A DNA stretch of 64,000 nt from Acidobacteriota bacterium (GTDB lineage Bacteria > Acidobacteriota > UBA6911): NCBI GenBank assembly GCA_963664705.1, contig OY761556.1, forward strand, positions 2,560,001-2,624,000, in the 5' to 3' direction. Positions within the stretch are counted from its first letter, which is position 1, and every line of letters begins with the position of its first letter. The notes beneath the pieces were generated by a model that had not been told where the DNA came from, made no database searches, and was given only the letters and a program-made list of their open reading frames with translations. Both the position numbers and the translations under genes were made by a program. This document shows, piece after piece, positions 18,413 to 26,063 of the stretch.

Positions 18413-20063
18413 AAAGATCCTCGTCCGTGATAACTCCACGGTTGTCGTAGATTGAGCCCTTGTACTCCGGGGTCACGACAAGTCGCGCGATCGCATTGAT
18501 CATTGCCTGGATGCCATCTATGCGCCTCGAGGTCTTCCTCCTGTCTGGCTTCGACGGCTTCACGTTGTCCTGCTCGTCCTGCCTGACCGAGAAATTGTCG
18601 GCCATCCAGTTCAGGACGGGATTGTCGTTGTGCCGCAATTTGTGGTCGAGAATGAGCCGCAGCATCTCCTTGGTAGGAGCAGTCATCGACGCGTATCCCT
18701 GACCAAGTGGGACCATCATGAGTCCGTCATCCGTTAGGTTCTGGATGATCTGGGTTGCATTCCATCGGTCGTATCCGATCTCTTGGATGTCGTAAATCTT
18801 CGCGAGGTCATTCACGGTTTTCCGGATGAACTTGTAGTCCACCTGATTTCCCGGCGTCGTGTGGATCAATCCTTGAGTCGCCCAGAGATCGTACGTGACC
18901 TTGTCCCTCCTGGACCTCAGATGCAGCTCGTGCTCTGGCAGCCAGAAATGCGGGATCAGCAGGACCTCCCCGTCAACGGGGAACGCCAGCACAAGTGCGG
19001 TGATGTCCTGCGTGGCCGATAAATCCAGCCCAGCCAGGCAGATTCGTCCGACAAGGCTCGAAAGGCTAAAGGGCGCACCGCAGAGTCTCCACTGATCCAT
19101 CGGTATGTAGCGGATCTCCTGGCCCACCCACTGGTTCAGCCTCAGCCGGCGGAAAGAGTTCTGCTGGGAGGGATTGTTCTGCGCCTGCAGGAACTCCTCC
19201 CGGATTTTGTCAATCTGGAGATGATGGCCGAGCGATGGATTCGCTTTGTACCATCCGGTCGCCGGCGCCACACTCACGATCTCTGTAATCGTCTTCCGTC
19301 GGTCCTTCGGGTCCGGCTTTTTCCTCGGCTCGAATTGTTCGGGCTGCCCTTCGTATGTCCAGTCCTCCTTGTCGTCGAGCCCGTAAATCACGGGGTAATA
19401 GCTCGGGTCCTGCAGGATGCCTTCGCGTACCTGGCGGGCATAGTCGTGCTGTTGTTCGCAGATTGGGCTCTCTCCTGTGATCCCGGCTGTGGTAATGGCA
19501 AACAGCAGAGGTTGCGACCTGGTGGCCATCCCGTACTTGAGCACGTCCCACAGATCCGAATTCCTTTGCCTGTGTAGCTCGTCGAAGACGGCGATGTGCG
19601 GATTGATCCCGTCCTGCGTGCCTGCATCGGCCGATATCGCGCGCAGGAAGCTGTTCGGGTCCCCGCGCTTCATGATCGTCTTCGTCGAATCGATGATCCG
19701 GCACATGGCATTCAGTTTGGGATTGTTCCGGACCATCTGTGCTGCAACCTTGAATCCGATCGAGGCCTGGTCGCGCGAGGCGGCTGCGAAGTAGACCTCG
19801 GCGCCTGGCTCGTCGTCGAGAAGTAATCCGATCAGCGAAATGCCGGCCGCCAGTTCGGTTTTCCCGTTCTTCTTTGGGATCTCGACATAGGCTGTTGTGT
19901 ACTGGCGCAGGCCGTTGCTACGGACTGTGCCGAAGACGTCGGAGACAACCTTGATCTGCCAATCGAGCAGCTCAAAATATTTTCGTGCGTAGATGCCCTT
20001 CGTATGGGTGAGCATCCGCTCAAAAAAGCGAATGGCAATCGTTGCCTTTTGTTCATCGAACAC
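18396..20063 (-). CDS. terL: Terminase large subunit
   Basis: Walker A IPKKNGKTE, Walker B VFDELH, ITTAG coupling motif, GLDLS and RIDG nuclease motifs; likely GTG start at 20063 right after the terS stop. Confidence 0.97.
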   Translation of the reverse strand: MFDEQKATIAIRFFERMLTHTKGIYARKYFELLDWQIKVVSDVFGTVRSNGLRQYTTAYVEIPKKNGKTELAAGISLIGLLLDDEPGAEVYFAAASRDQASIGFKVAAQMVRNNPKLNAMCRIIDSTKTIMKRGDPNSFLRAISADAGTQDGINPHIAVFDELHRQRNSDLWDVLKYGMATRSQPLLFAITTAGITGESPICEQQHDYARQVREGILQDPSYYPVIYGLDDKEDWTYEGQPEQFEPRKKPDPKDRRKTITEIVSVAPATGWYKANPSLGHHLQIDKIREEFLQAQNNPSQQNSFRRLRLNQWVGQEIRYIPMDQWRLCGAPFSLSSLVGRICLAGLDLSATQDITALVLAFPVDGEVLLIPHFWLPEHELHLRSRRDKVTYDLWATQGLIHTTPGNQVDYKFIRKTVNDLAKIYDIQEIGYDRWNATQIIQNLTDDGLMMVPLGQGYASMTAPTKEMLRLILDHKLRHNDNPVLNWMADNFSVRQDEQDNVKPSKPDRRKTSRRIDGIQAMINAIARLVVTPEYKGSIYDNRGVITDEDLYEEAF

Positions 20064-20065
20064 GA

Positions 20066-20542
20066 TCAGCCAAGCAACTCTTCGCGAAGGGAAGGCCCTT
20101 GCGGCTTGTCTGTTTTGATGCGCGTCCTCGAAGTTGGGTCGAGGCCCAGGAAGGCGCCGTACTTCACGACGTCTGCCATCGAGCGATTGGCAATTCCAAG
20201 CCAGGGGTTCTGGATCCAGTTTCCCTTTTCCGTCATGATCACTTCCGGATCCTGGTTGCCTCCCGCGGCCAGCTCGTTCAGTTTGTGCTTTGCCTTCACC
20301 CAGATTCCCCAGGCGTGGCAGTAGCCGGCCATGTTTCCGCGGTCCGAGGTGGCCAGAGTTCCCATTGCCCGAAGCTCCTCGACCAGCCACTTCCAACATT
20401 TCCGTTCTTCGCCGCGCAGTTCCCTCGGGCATGGAGGCGCGTCGCTCTTTGGTACCGGCTCATTCTCCGCGTGGATTGTCCGGTGCTCCCGGTTTCCTTC
20501 GATCAGACGGAGAGGTGTCGGTTTCGGCTTGCGGCCTTTCAT
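20066..20542 (-). CDS. terS: Terminase small subunit, P27 family
   Basis: GRKPKPTPLRLIEGN, QNPWLGIAN, LGLDPTSRTRI. Confidence 0.95.
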   Translation of the reverse strand: MKGRKPKPTPLRLIEGNREHRTIHAENEPVPKSDAPPCPRELRGEERKCWKWLVEELRAMGTLATSDRGNMAGYCHAWGIWVKAKHKLNELAAGGNQDPEVIMTEKGNWIQNPWLGIANRSMADVVKYGAFLGLDPTSRTRIKTDKPQGPSLREELLG

Positions 20543-20922
20543 TTACCTCCGCCCATCATCGCGCCCAGTTTGCGTTCCTTCTCGATTTTGGCTTGGCGGA
20601 GTCTATGTCGCTCTTCGAGGCCTGCCAGGTCGGCCGCGATCGCCAGGCATGTCTTGAAATCGTTCAGGCTGAAGCTCTTTTGATAGAGGTGTTTCCTCAT
20701 TCGCACGTGGTACGCGAAGGCCTTCTCCTCGTCCACGCCGGCGTCGGTCACCCAGCGCTCCACCATCTGCGCGTAGGCTGCGTTGATCTCATCCGCAGTC
20801 GGCGCCGCCAGGCCGCTTGCCTGGAATTGGCGCGCCAGTTCCATCTCGATGATCGCTCTGGTGGCTCCCTTCAGGAGGGCGCTCTCGATCATTCCCTCGA
20901 GCTCCTGCTCACTTGTTGGCAT
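20539..20922 (-). CDS. Hypothetical helical phage protein
   Basis: 127-aa ORF overlapping both neighbours. Confidence 0.7.
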   Translation of the reverse strand: MPTSEQELEGMIESALLKGATRAIIEMELARQFQASGLAAPTADEINAAYAQMVERWVTDAGVDEEKAFAYHVRMRKHLYQKSFSLNDFKTCLAIAADLAGLEERHRLRQAKIEKERKLGAMMGGGK

Positions 20923-21529
20923 TGATCAGTAGCTCCTCGAACCAGCCCTTATAAAAGTCGTATAGCTCCCGGCTCGGCGTGATGGTCGTCTGCTCAGTCC
21001 GGGGATTCGTTGTGAAATTGGCTGATCCCTCGGCCACCGCCCAGAATTGTTTCGCATGGTTCTCCACCAGGAGCAGCTTGCAGTGGTTCTTAAACATCCG
21101 CATCCGGCCGCCGTGCTTGGCGACAACCTTCAGCAGGGTGGCGTAGACGGAGGTCTCTCTTTTGGCGAAGTACTCTCCGGTGAAAAACGTTATTTTCTTT
21201 ATCAGTCCGTCTTGCAGGTACCGGTCCAGCAGCTCACAGTCCTGACGGCTCATGGTCCAGGTGCTTCCGTAGAAGTCATCGAAGGGTCCGTGCCGCTCGA
21301 TCAGCATCGTCAAAAACGACACCGCGTCCACGTCTCCTGCGGAGATGAAGTGGTACGAGTGTCCGGCCTGAAGCTCCGGGAAAACGTTCCGGAGGTTCTT
21401 CTCTCTGGAGACTCGCAGCATTTCCATCTTTGCGATGTGGATTGCTTGCGCCGCGGTCGGCGGAACGTCATCGATCTGGTCATCGACGGCCGCCTCCAGG
21501 AACAAGTCGTTCGTGTCAAAGAATCCCAT
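20909..21529 (-). CDS. Phospholipase D-superfamily (single HxK) nuclease-like protein
   Basis: NHCKLLLV...EGSANFTTNPRTE matches the HxK...GSxN...E PLD/Nuc signature. Confidence 0.75.
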   Translation of the reverse strand: MGFFDTNDLFLEAAVDDQIDDVPPTAAQAIHIAKMEMLRVSREKNLRNVFPELQAGHSYHFISAGDVDAVSFLTMLIERHGPFDDFYGSTWTMSRQDCELLDRYLQDGLIKKITFFTGEYFAKRETSVYATLLKVVAKHGGRMRMFKNHCKLLLVENHAKQFWAVAEGSANFTTNPRTEQTTITPSRELYDFYKGWFEELLINANK

Positions 21530-21533
21530 CAGT

Positions 21534-22865
21534 TTACCTGGTCCGCTCGATCCGGATCTCATGGAACGTCCGGCCGTCATCTTCCAGTCTGGCTGCCTGG
21601 CCTGTGAAGTTCTGCCACCGGGTGATGATCACGTCGATATACTTCGGGTCCAACTCCATGCTGTGGCAGATCCGGTTTGCGCGCTCGCTCGCGATCAGCG
21701 TCGACCCAGATCCCCCAAACAGGTCGAGGACTATGTCCTCAGCCTTGCTGCTGTTCATCAGGGCGAAGCTAATCAGCTCAACCGGCTTCTGCGTCGGATG
21801 GACGTATTCGGCCACAGGGTCTCGCTTCATCGTCCAGACGGTCGACTTGCCTTCGGCCTCCAAGCGCTTCATTCGCTTTGCCCAGTTCAGGAGTTCCTGC
21901 TCCGTTTTCTGGAAATCCCACACGGTTGCCCTGGTGCGGTCTCCGTAAAAATGCGTGCTCTGCTTCTTTTTGCCGGCGTAGAAGAACGGCTCATGTTTCC
22001 ATCGGTAATCGCCCCACCCCAAGGCCGCCATGGGTTTGTTCCAGATGAGCTGGTTCTTGATCTCGAAATCGTTCACCTGGAGGGCGTTCTCGAACTCCTT
22101 CTGGGTCCGGCTCGCATGAAAGACGTACATGCCGGCGCCAGCCTTGGTGGCCTCGGCATAGCTTTTGAAGGCTGCAGTCAGGAATTTCTGAAATTCTAGA
22201 ACTTCGAGATTGTCGTTCTCGATTTTGTTGCTGGTCTTCTTTCCCCGTCCCTCGTAATTGATGTTATAGGGCGGGTCCGTGAAGACCATATCTGCCTTCT
22301 GCCCATCCATCAGGCGCGCGACATCGTCTCCGCTGGTAGCGTCCCCGCAAACAAGCCTATGCCGGCTGAGCAGCCACAGATCACCGGCCTGACTGGCTGC
22401 CTTTTCCGGCACCGGCGGAACTTCGTCCGGGTCCGTATTGCCGGCCGTTTCAACGGTGGAAAACAGGCCGCTCAGCTCGTCGCGGTCGAAGCCGATCAGG
22501 TCGATATTGTATCCGCTGTCGCGGAGGTCCATCAGCTCAAGGGTCAGCAGCTTTTCGTCCCAGCCGGCGTTCAAAGCCAGCTTGTTATCGGCCAAAATAT
22601 AGGCTTTTACCTGCGATTCTGAGAGGTTTTCGAGGGTTATGCAGGGCACTTCTGCCCATCCCAGTTTTCTGGCTGCCAGCACTCGTGCGTGGCCGGCGAC
22701 GAGTCCCTTTTTGCTATCGATCAGAACGGGGTTGGTCCAGCCGAACTCCTTTAATGACGTGATGATCTGGTTGATCTGGGCTTCCGAATGCGTACGCGCA
22801 TTGCGTGCATATGGAACCAGCTCCTCAATCGGTACCATTCGCACTTGGCGAGTGACGTCTGGCAT
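21534..22865 (-). CDS. ParB-N domain fused to N6/N4 DNA methyltransferase (beta class)
   Basis: PYARNARTH..AGHAR ParB domain; DPPY, HPTQKP, DLFGGSGST motifs. Confidence 0.95.
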   Translation of the reverse strand: MPDVTRQVRMVPIEELVPYARNARTHSEAQINQIITSLKEFGWTNPVLIDSKKGLVAGHARVLAARKLGWAEVPCITLENLSESQVKAYILADNKLALNAGWDEKLLTLELMDLRDSGYNIDLIGFDRDELSGLFSTVETAGNTDPDEVPPVPEKAASQAGDLWLLSRHRLVCGDATSGDDVARLMDGQKADMVFTDPPYNINYEGRGKKTSNKIENDNLEVLEFQKFLTAAFKSYAEATKAGAGMYVFHASRTQKEFENALQVNDFEIKNQLIWNKPMAALGWGDYRWKHEPFFYAGKKKQSTHFYGDRTRATVWDFQKTEQELLNWAKRMKRLEAEGKSTVWTMKRDPVAEYVHPTQKPVELISFALMNSSKAEDIVLDLFGGSGSTLIASERANRICHSMELDPKYIDVIITRWQNFTGQAARLEDDGRTFHEIRIERTR

Positions 22866-22879
22866 AAAATGACCCCACT

Positions 22880-22962
22880 TCTAAAAAAGCGAAAGTTTAC
22901 GGGAGGGTGTGCGCCCGGTCTCGGCACCTTTTCTCGTAGAGATTTGACCCGCCCCTACCCCT
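22880..22962 (-). other. Probable cos packaging region
   Basis: Non-coding GGGGCGGGTCAAATCTCT...GACCGGGCGCACACCC downstream of the HNH gene, the layout typical of 3'-overhang HK97-like phages. Confidence 0.6.
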
Positions 22963-22983
22963 GCTGAGTCGATTCTATTTTCG

Positions 22984-23163
22984 TTACGCTTCCCGCTCGC
23001 TATTCAGCAGGTCTACCTTGACGTTCTTTCCGAACTCCGGACAATCCATAATGTGATTGCTGACCGGGATCTGCAGCCGTTTTCGGCAATACGGACAGAT
23101 CGCTATGCATGGGGAGAATCTCTTGAGAGAGTCTCTAAGCCACGACCTCAAACTTCTCCTCAT
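22984..23163 (-). CDS. Small C2HC zinc-finger protein (59 aa)
   Basis: Manual translation MRRSLRSW..CPYCRKRLQIPVSNHIMDCPEF..; GAGGAG upstream. Confidence 0.5.
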   Translation of the reverse strand: MRRSLRSWLRDSLKRFSPCIAICPYCRKRLQIPVSNHIMDCPEFGKNVKVDLLNSEREA

Positions 23164-23229
23164 ATGGTTTCGTCAATGCTCCTCGAGTGCTAACCCAAAT
23201 TTAACTAACGCTTCGGGACCGCGCTGGTG

Positions 23230-23421
23230 TTACATGGTTCTCCTCATTGCCTGCAGCTCAGCGTTCTCACGCCTGAGTTCCTCTATGTTCTCAATCAGCC
23301 GGTCAATGATCCGGCCCTGCGTTTCCTCAAACTTAGTGAAGGGTTTGCCGCATGCGTTGCAGTGGTAGATCGACATCAGCTCGATTACCTTCTTGGATTT
23401 GCAGTGTGGGCAGGTTGCCAT
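23230..23421 (-). CDS. Small zinc-ribbon/coiled-coil protein
   Basis: MATCPHCKSK..CNACGK; GGAGGA SD. Confidence 0.65.
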   Translation of the reverse strand: MATCPHCKSKKVIELMSIYHCNACGKPFTKFEETQGRIIDRLIENIEELRRENAELQAMRRTM

Positions 23422-23753
23422 CTGCCGTCCTCCGTCGCAGTCTTGCGCGAATGGCATGGTTTGCACAGCGACTGCCAGTTGCTCAGATCCCAGAACAGCT
23501 TCATGTCGCCCTTGTGCGGGATGATGTGATCGACCTCTGCCGCGAGTGCGTTGCACCCGACACACCAGGGATGCTCGATCAGCCAATCATCCGATGCCTC
23601 GCGCCATTTCTGTCCGTAGCCACGATGCGCGGAGGATCCCCTTTTCTGCTCATACTCGCGTGTAACCTTTTTCCGATGCCCTGCGCATCTGGATTTGTCG
23701 CTGAGTTTCCCGCAGCCGGGATATGTGCACGGATAAGGATGCTTCCAGGGCAT
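23385..23753 (-). CDS. Packaging-associated HNH endonuclease (HK97 gp74-like)
   Basis: HPWCVGC..VDHIIPHKGD..NWQSLCKPCHSRKT. Confidence 0.93.
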   Translation of the reverse strand: MPWKHPYPCTYPGCGKLSDKSRCAGHRKKVTREYEQKRGSSAHRGYGQKWREASDDWLIEHPWCVGCNALAAEVDHIIPHKGDMKLFWDLSNWQSLCKPCHSRKTATEDGRWQPAHTANPRR

Positions 23754-23972
23754 TCAACTTGCTAGTGCACGCATGAGCGCGTCATGGAAGTGACCCCATG
23801 TCCATCTCGGATCCGAGTGGTAGATCCGTGCGACTCTCTTGTCACTCAGCAGTATGTCTCGGTTAAGGAATACAGGAACTGCCATTCGGTACGGCTTGCC
23901 TGCCTGCACCGAATAGAATGGATGCTTCTTGTCTTCAAGATAAGCACGGCGGATGTCGATCTCGCTGCTCAT
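23754..23972 (-). CDS. Hypothetical phage protein
   Basis: 72-aa ORF coupled (ATGA) to upstream gene. Confidence 0.6.
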   Translation of the reverse strand: MSSEIDIRRAYLEDKKHPFYSVQAGKPYRMAVPVFLNRDILLSDKRVARIYHSDPRWTWGHFHDALMRALAS

Positions 23973-24325
23973 GCTGACACTCCGTATTCAGCGGCCATCT
24001 TTGTGATCGATTCGCGGATCGCCGGCAGGTTTGGTTTCATGACCTTCAATGGCCGCTGCCGCAATGCCTCGAACCTCTCCTCGCCAAGCTGCCGCCGCTT
24101 CCATTCAGCGTGGATCAGAGGATGAGTATCGAGATACTGATGGCACCTGGCGCACATCACTTCACAGTTCTCAGGATCGAATCGCGTCGACTTCAGACGC
24201 CGGCTGTGGAAATGCGAGCACTGCAATTCGAGGAATGAGAATCGCCCACCGCAATAGACGCATCTCGAGTGCGCCTGACCTCGGACCAGGCGCGAGAACA
24301 TCCCGTCGAGACCGTGGATATTCAT
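23969..24325 (-). CDS. NinG/Rap-like HNH-fold recombination endonuclease
   Basis: LDGMFSRLVR..CVYCG..LQCSHFHSR..TRFDPENC..CARCH. Confidence 0.8.
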   Translation of the reverse strand: MNIHGLDGMFSRLVRGQAHSRCVYCGGRFSFLELQCSHFHSRRLKSTRFDPENCEVMCARCHQYLDTHPLIHAEWKRRQLGEERFEALRQRPLKVMKPNLPAIRESITKMAAEYGVSA

Positions 24326-24666
24326 GCAGTCCTGCTGCTCTTCACTTCGCCCACGATCTGTCCCGCACGGACTTTGCTCAGCCGGATGTCTTCGATCTCA
24401 GCCGCCTTTCCCTGGCATTGACGACAGCAGCACAAACACCATCGAGGCCCAGACAGATCCTTGCCGAGCAGGTGCCGAAGCCCTTCCGTGATCGCATCGT
24501 TCTCAGGATCGAGGAACTCATAGATGCGCTCCGACAGGAGGTTCTTGTTCTTCTTCAGCAGCCCGAGCTTGCGCAGAGTCATGAAAACGCTCAAAGGCAC
24601 GCGTATCTCGTGGCCATCGGGAGTCAGGAGCGGATGGCCCCATTCCAATGCAGTTGCTTGTGTCAC
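24322..24666 (-). CDS. Hypothetical phage protein
   Basis: 114-aa ORF overlapping ninG-like start (ATGA). Confidence 0.55.
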   Translation of the reverse strand: MTQATALEWGHPLLTPDGHEIRVPLSVFMTLRKLGLLKKNKNLLSERIYEFLDPENDAITEGLRHLLGKDLSGPRWCLCCCRQCQGKAAEIEDIRLSKVRAGQIVGEVKSSRTA

Positions 24667-24940
24667 TGGTATCCCTGTTCCAGGTAGGGTGATATTGGTT
24701 GGTTGCAGCGGATAACGCTGCCTGTGGTTACTTCACTGTTCCCGTCATTTCCCCGATAAGGACCGGCATCCTCGGCAGAACGCCGATCCGCATTGAGGAG
24801 AAATCCGAATAGCATGAGAAAGCACTACAAATACATAAGACTCATCTAGTAGGCATCGGGTCAAGGCAATTGGATGTTGCTGGTGTGATTCTGTGAATTT
24901 GCTGAAGTTTATTGTGTTTTATTACATAGAGGAGACTCCG

Positions 24941-25180
24941 ATGACTATTCGAGAAGACTTACTCAAATTGGATCAGAATCTGAAATCGCACATAGATGCG
25001 ATGCAAGAGGTGCGCGCAAACATCGCGAAGACGCTCTCGCCGATCGACCAGAAACCGCCGCGGCCGCTCGCTGCGGCCATGAAGAATCCCGCTGCCATCA
25101 AGCCTGCCCCGAACGGTGATAATCGGGTCCGCATTAAAGCTCTTCTGGGGAGAATAACAAACCGATGCATGGCGCTGTGA
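24941..25180 (+). CDS. Small hypothetical protein on opposite strand
   Basis: Strong SD GAGGAG before ATG, AT-rich upstream region, coiled-coil N-terminus. Confidence 0.55.
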   Translation: MTIREDLLKLDQNLKSHIDAMQEVRANIAKTLSPIDQKPPRPLAAAMKNPAAIKPAPNGDNRVRIKALLGRITNRCMAL

Positions 25181-25584
25181 TCGCCATCCGGCTGAATCTC
25201 ACGCGGACCGCCATAGCCCACCATATCCACCGGCACAGGAAAGAGCTCAAGCTGGCCGGAAGCGGAACTGCTTTTAATGGGCACTCGTGAAATCAGCGGG
25301 GAAGTAGTGGCTATGCTGGAAAGAGAGCCGGTTCGGAGGAGTAATCCGGCCCTCAACTCCTACATTCCAGTTGGATCCGCTTATTTTTGCGGATTATTAC
25401 GTCCATAAGCGTAGGCATTCCAGCTTTGCGCATCATCAATAGTGGCACCGGTATCGGCCGGGTCCACGGAAAGGAATCTTCCTTGTGGTGAAGAAAAGTA
25501 TCTCGCACCGAAGAAGTCCAAGCCTGTTTCGGCATCCCGTTCTTTGCCGGAAATTGCTGACGCAATAAACCGGAAAGGATTGTA

Positions 25585-26040
25585 CTACTTATGCTTAGCC
25601 GAGAATTCTTTGACGTTCAGTACCTTTTGAAGAATAAATTGATTTTTCCACAAATCCGACGCTAGTTTTTTATCTCCAATTGTCTTTTTCCCGTTCTTTA
25701 GTTGGTAAATTGAGTCAAATTTTCCTCGAAGTGTCACGCCAATTTTGACATTCTCACCCGATAGTAAACGCAGAGACCACAACTCATATTTCTGATATTC
25801 CGCATCTCTTTCCAGAGTAAATGCAGGTTTGGGTTCAGCCTTTTCCGGACTCAATAGCGGTATACAGTGCTTATATTTTTCATCGCATATGCTCATTCCG
25901 TGATATTCATGAAGGAGGAAGCCTTGAACCGTCACAATTCTATGTGAAAACTCATATGGATTACTTACCAATTGCACGACAGAACGTGTGTTTTCGATAA
26001 TCTGACCAGTTAGCTGGCATAACAAAATAATCCAGAGCAT
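25585..26040 (-). CDS. Putative Rhs immunity protein (short hydrophobic N-terminus)
   Basis: Low-GC 151-aa ORF 23 bp downstream of the Rhs stop, strong GGAGGAGG SD. Confidence 0.65.
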   Translation of the reverse strand: MLWIILLCQLTGQIIENTRSVVQLVSNPYEFSHRIVTVQGFLLHEYHGMSICDEKYKHCIPLLSPEKAEPKPAFTLERDAEYQKYELWSLRLLSGENVKIGVTLRGKFDSIYQLKNGKKTIGDKKLASDLWKNQFILQKVLNVKEFSAKHK

Positions 26041-26063
26041 TCCTCCTCCATTCTGATTTTATG

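Noticed and set aside
20064-20432. 123-aa N-terminal extension of TerL in the ORF track
   Set aside because: It overlaps terS in another frame; a GTG at 20063 directly after the terS stop gives a normal-length TerL
1-24700. Gene transfer agent
   Set aside because: Has replication genes, a cos/HNH packaging layout, a long TMP and an att site, which fit a prophage
24973-25565. Two minus-strand ORFs downstream of the immunity gene as orphan toxin/immunity modules
   Set aside because: No Rhs core remnant (DPxG) and no clear SD; one overlaps a better-supported plus-strand gene
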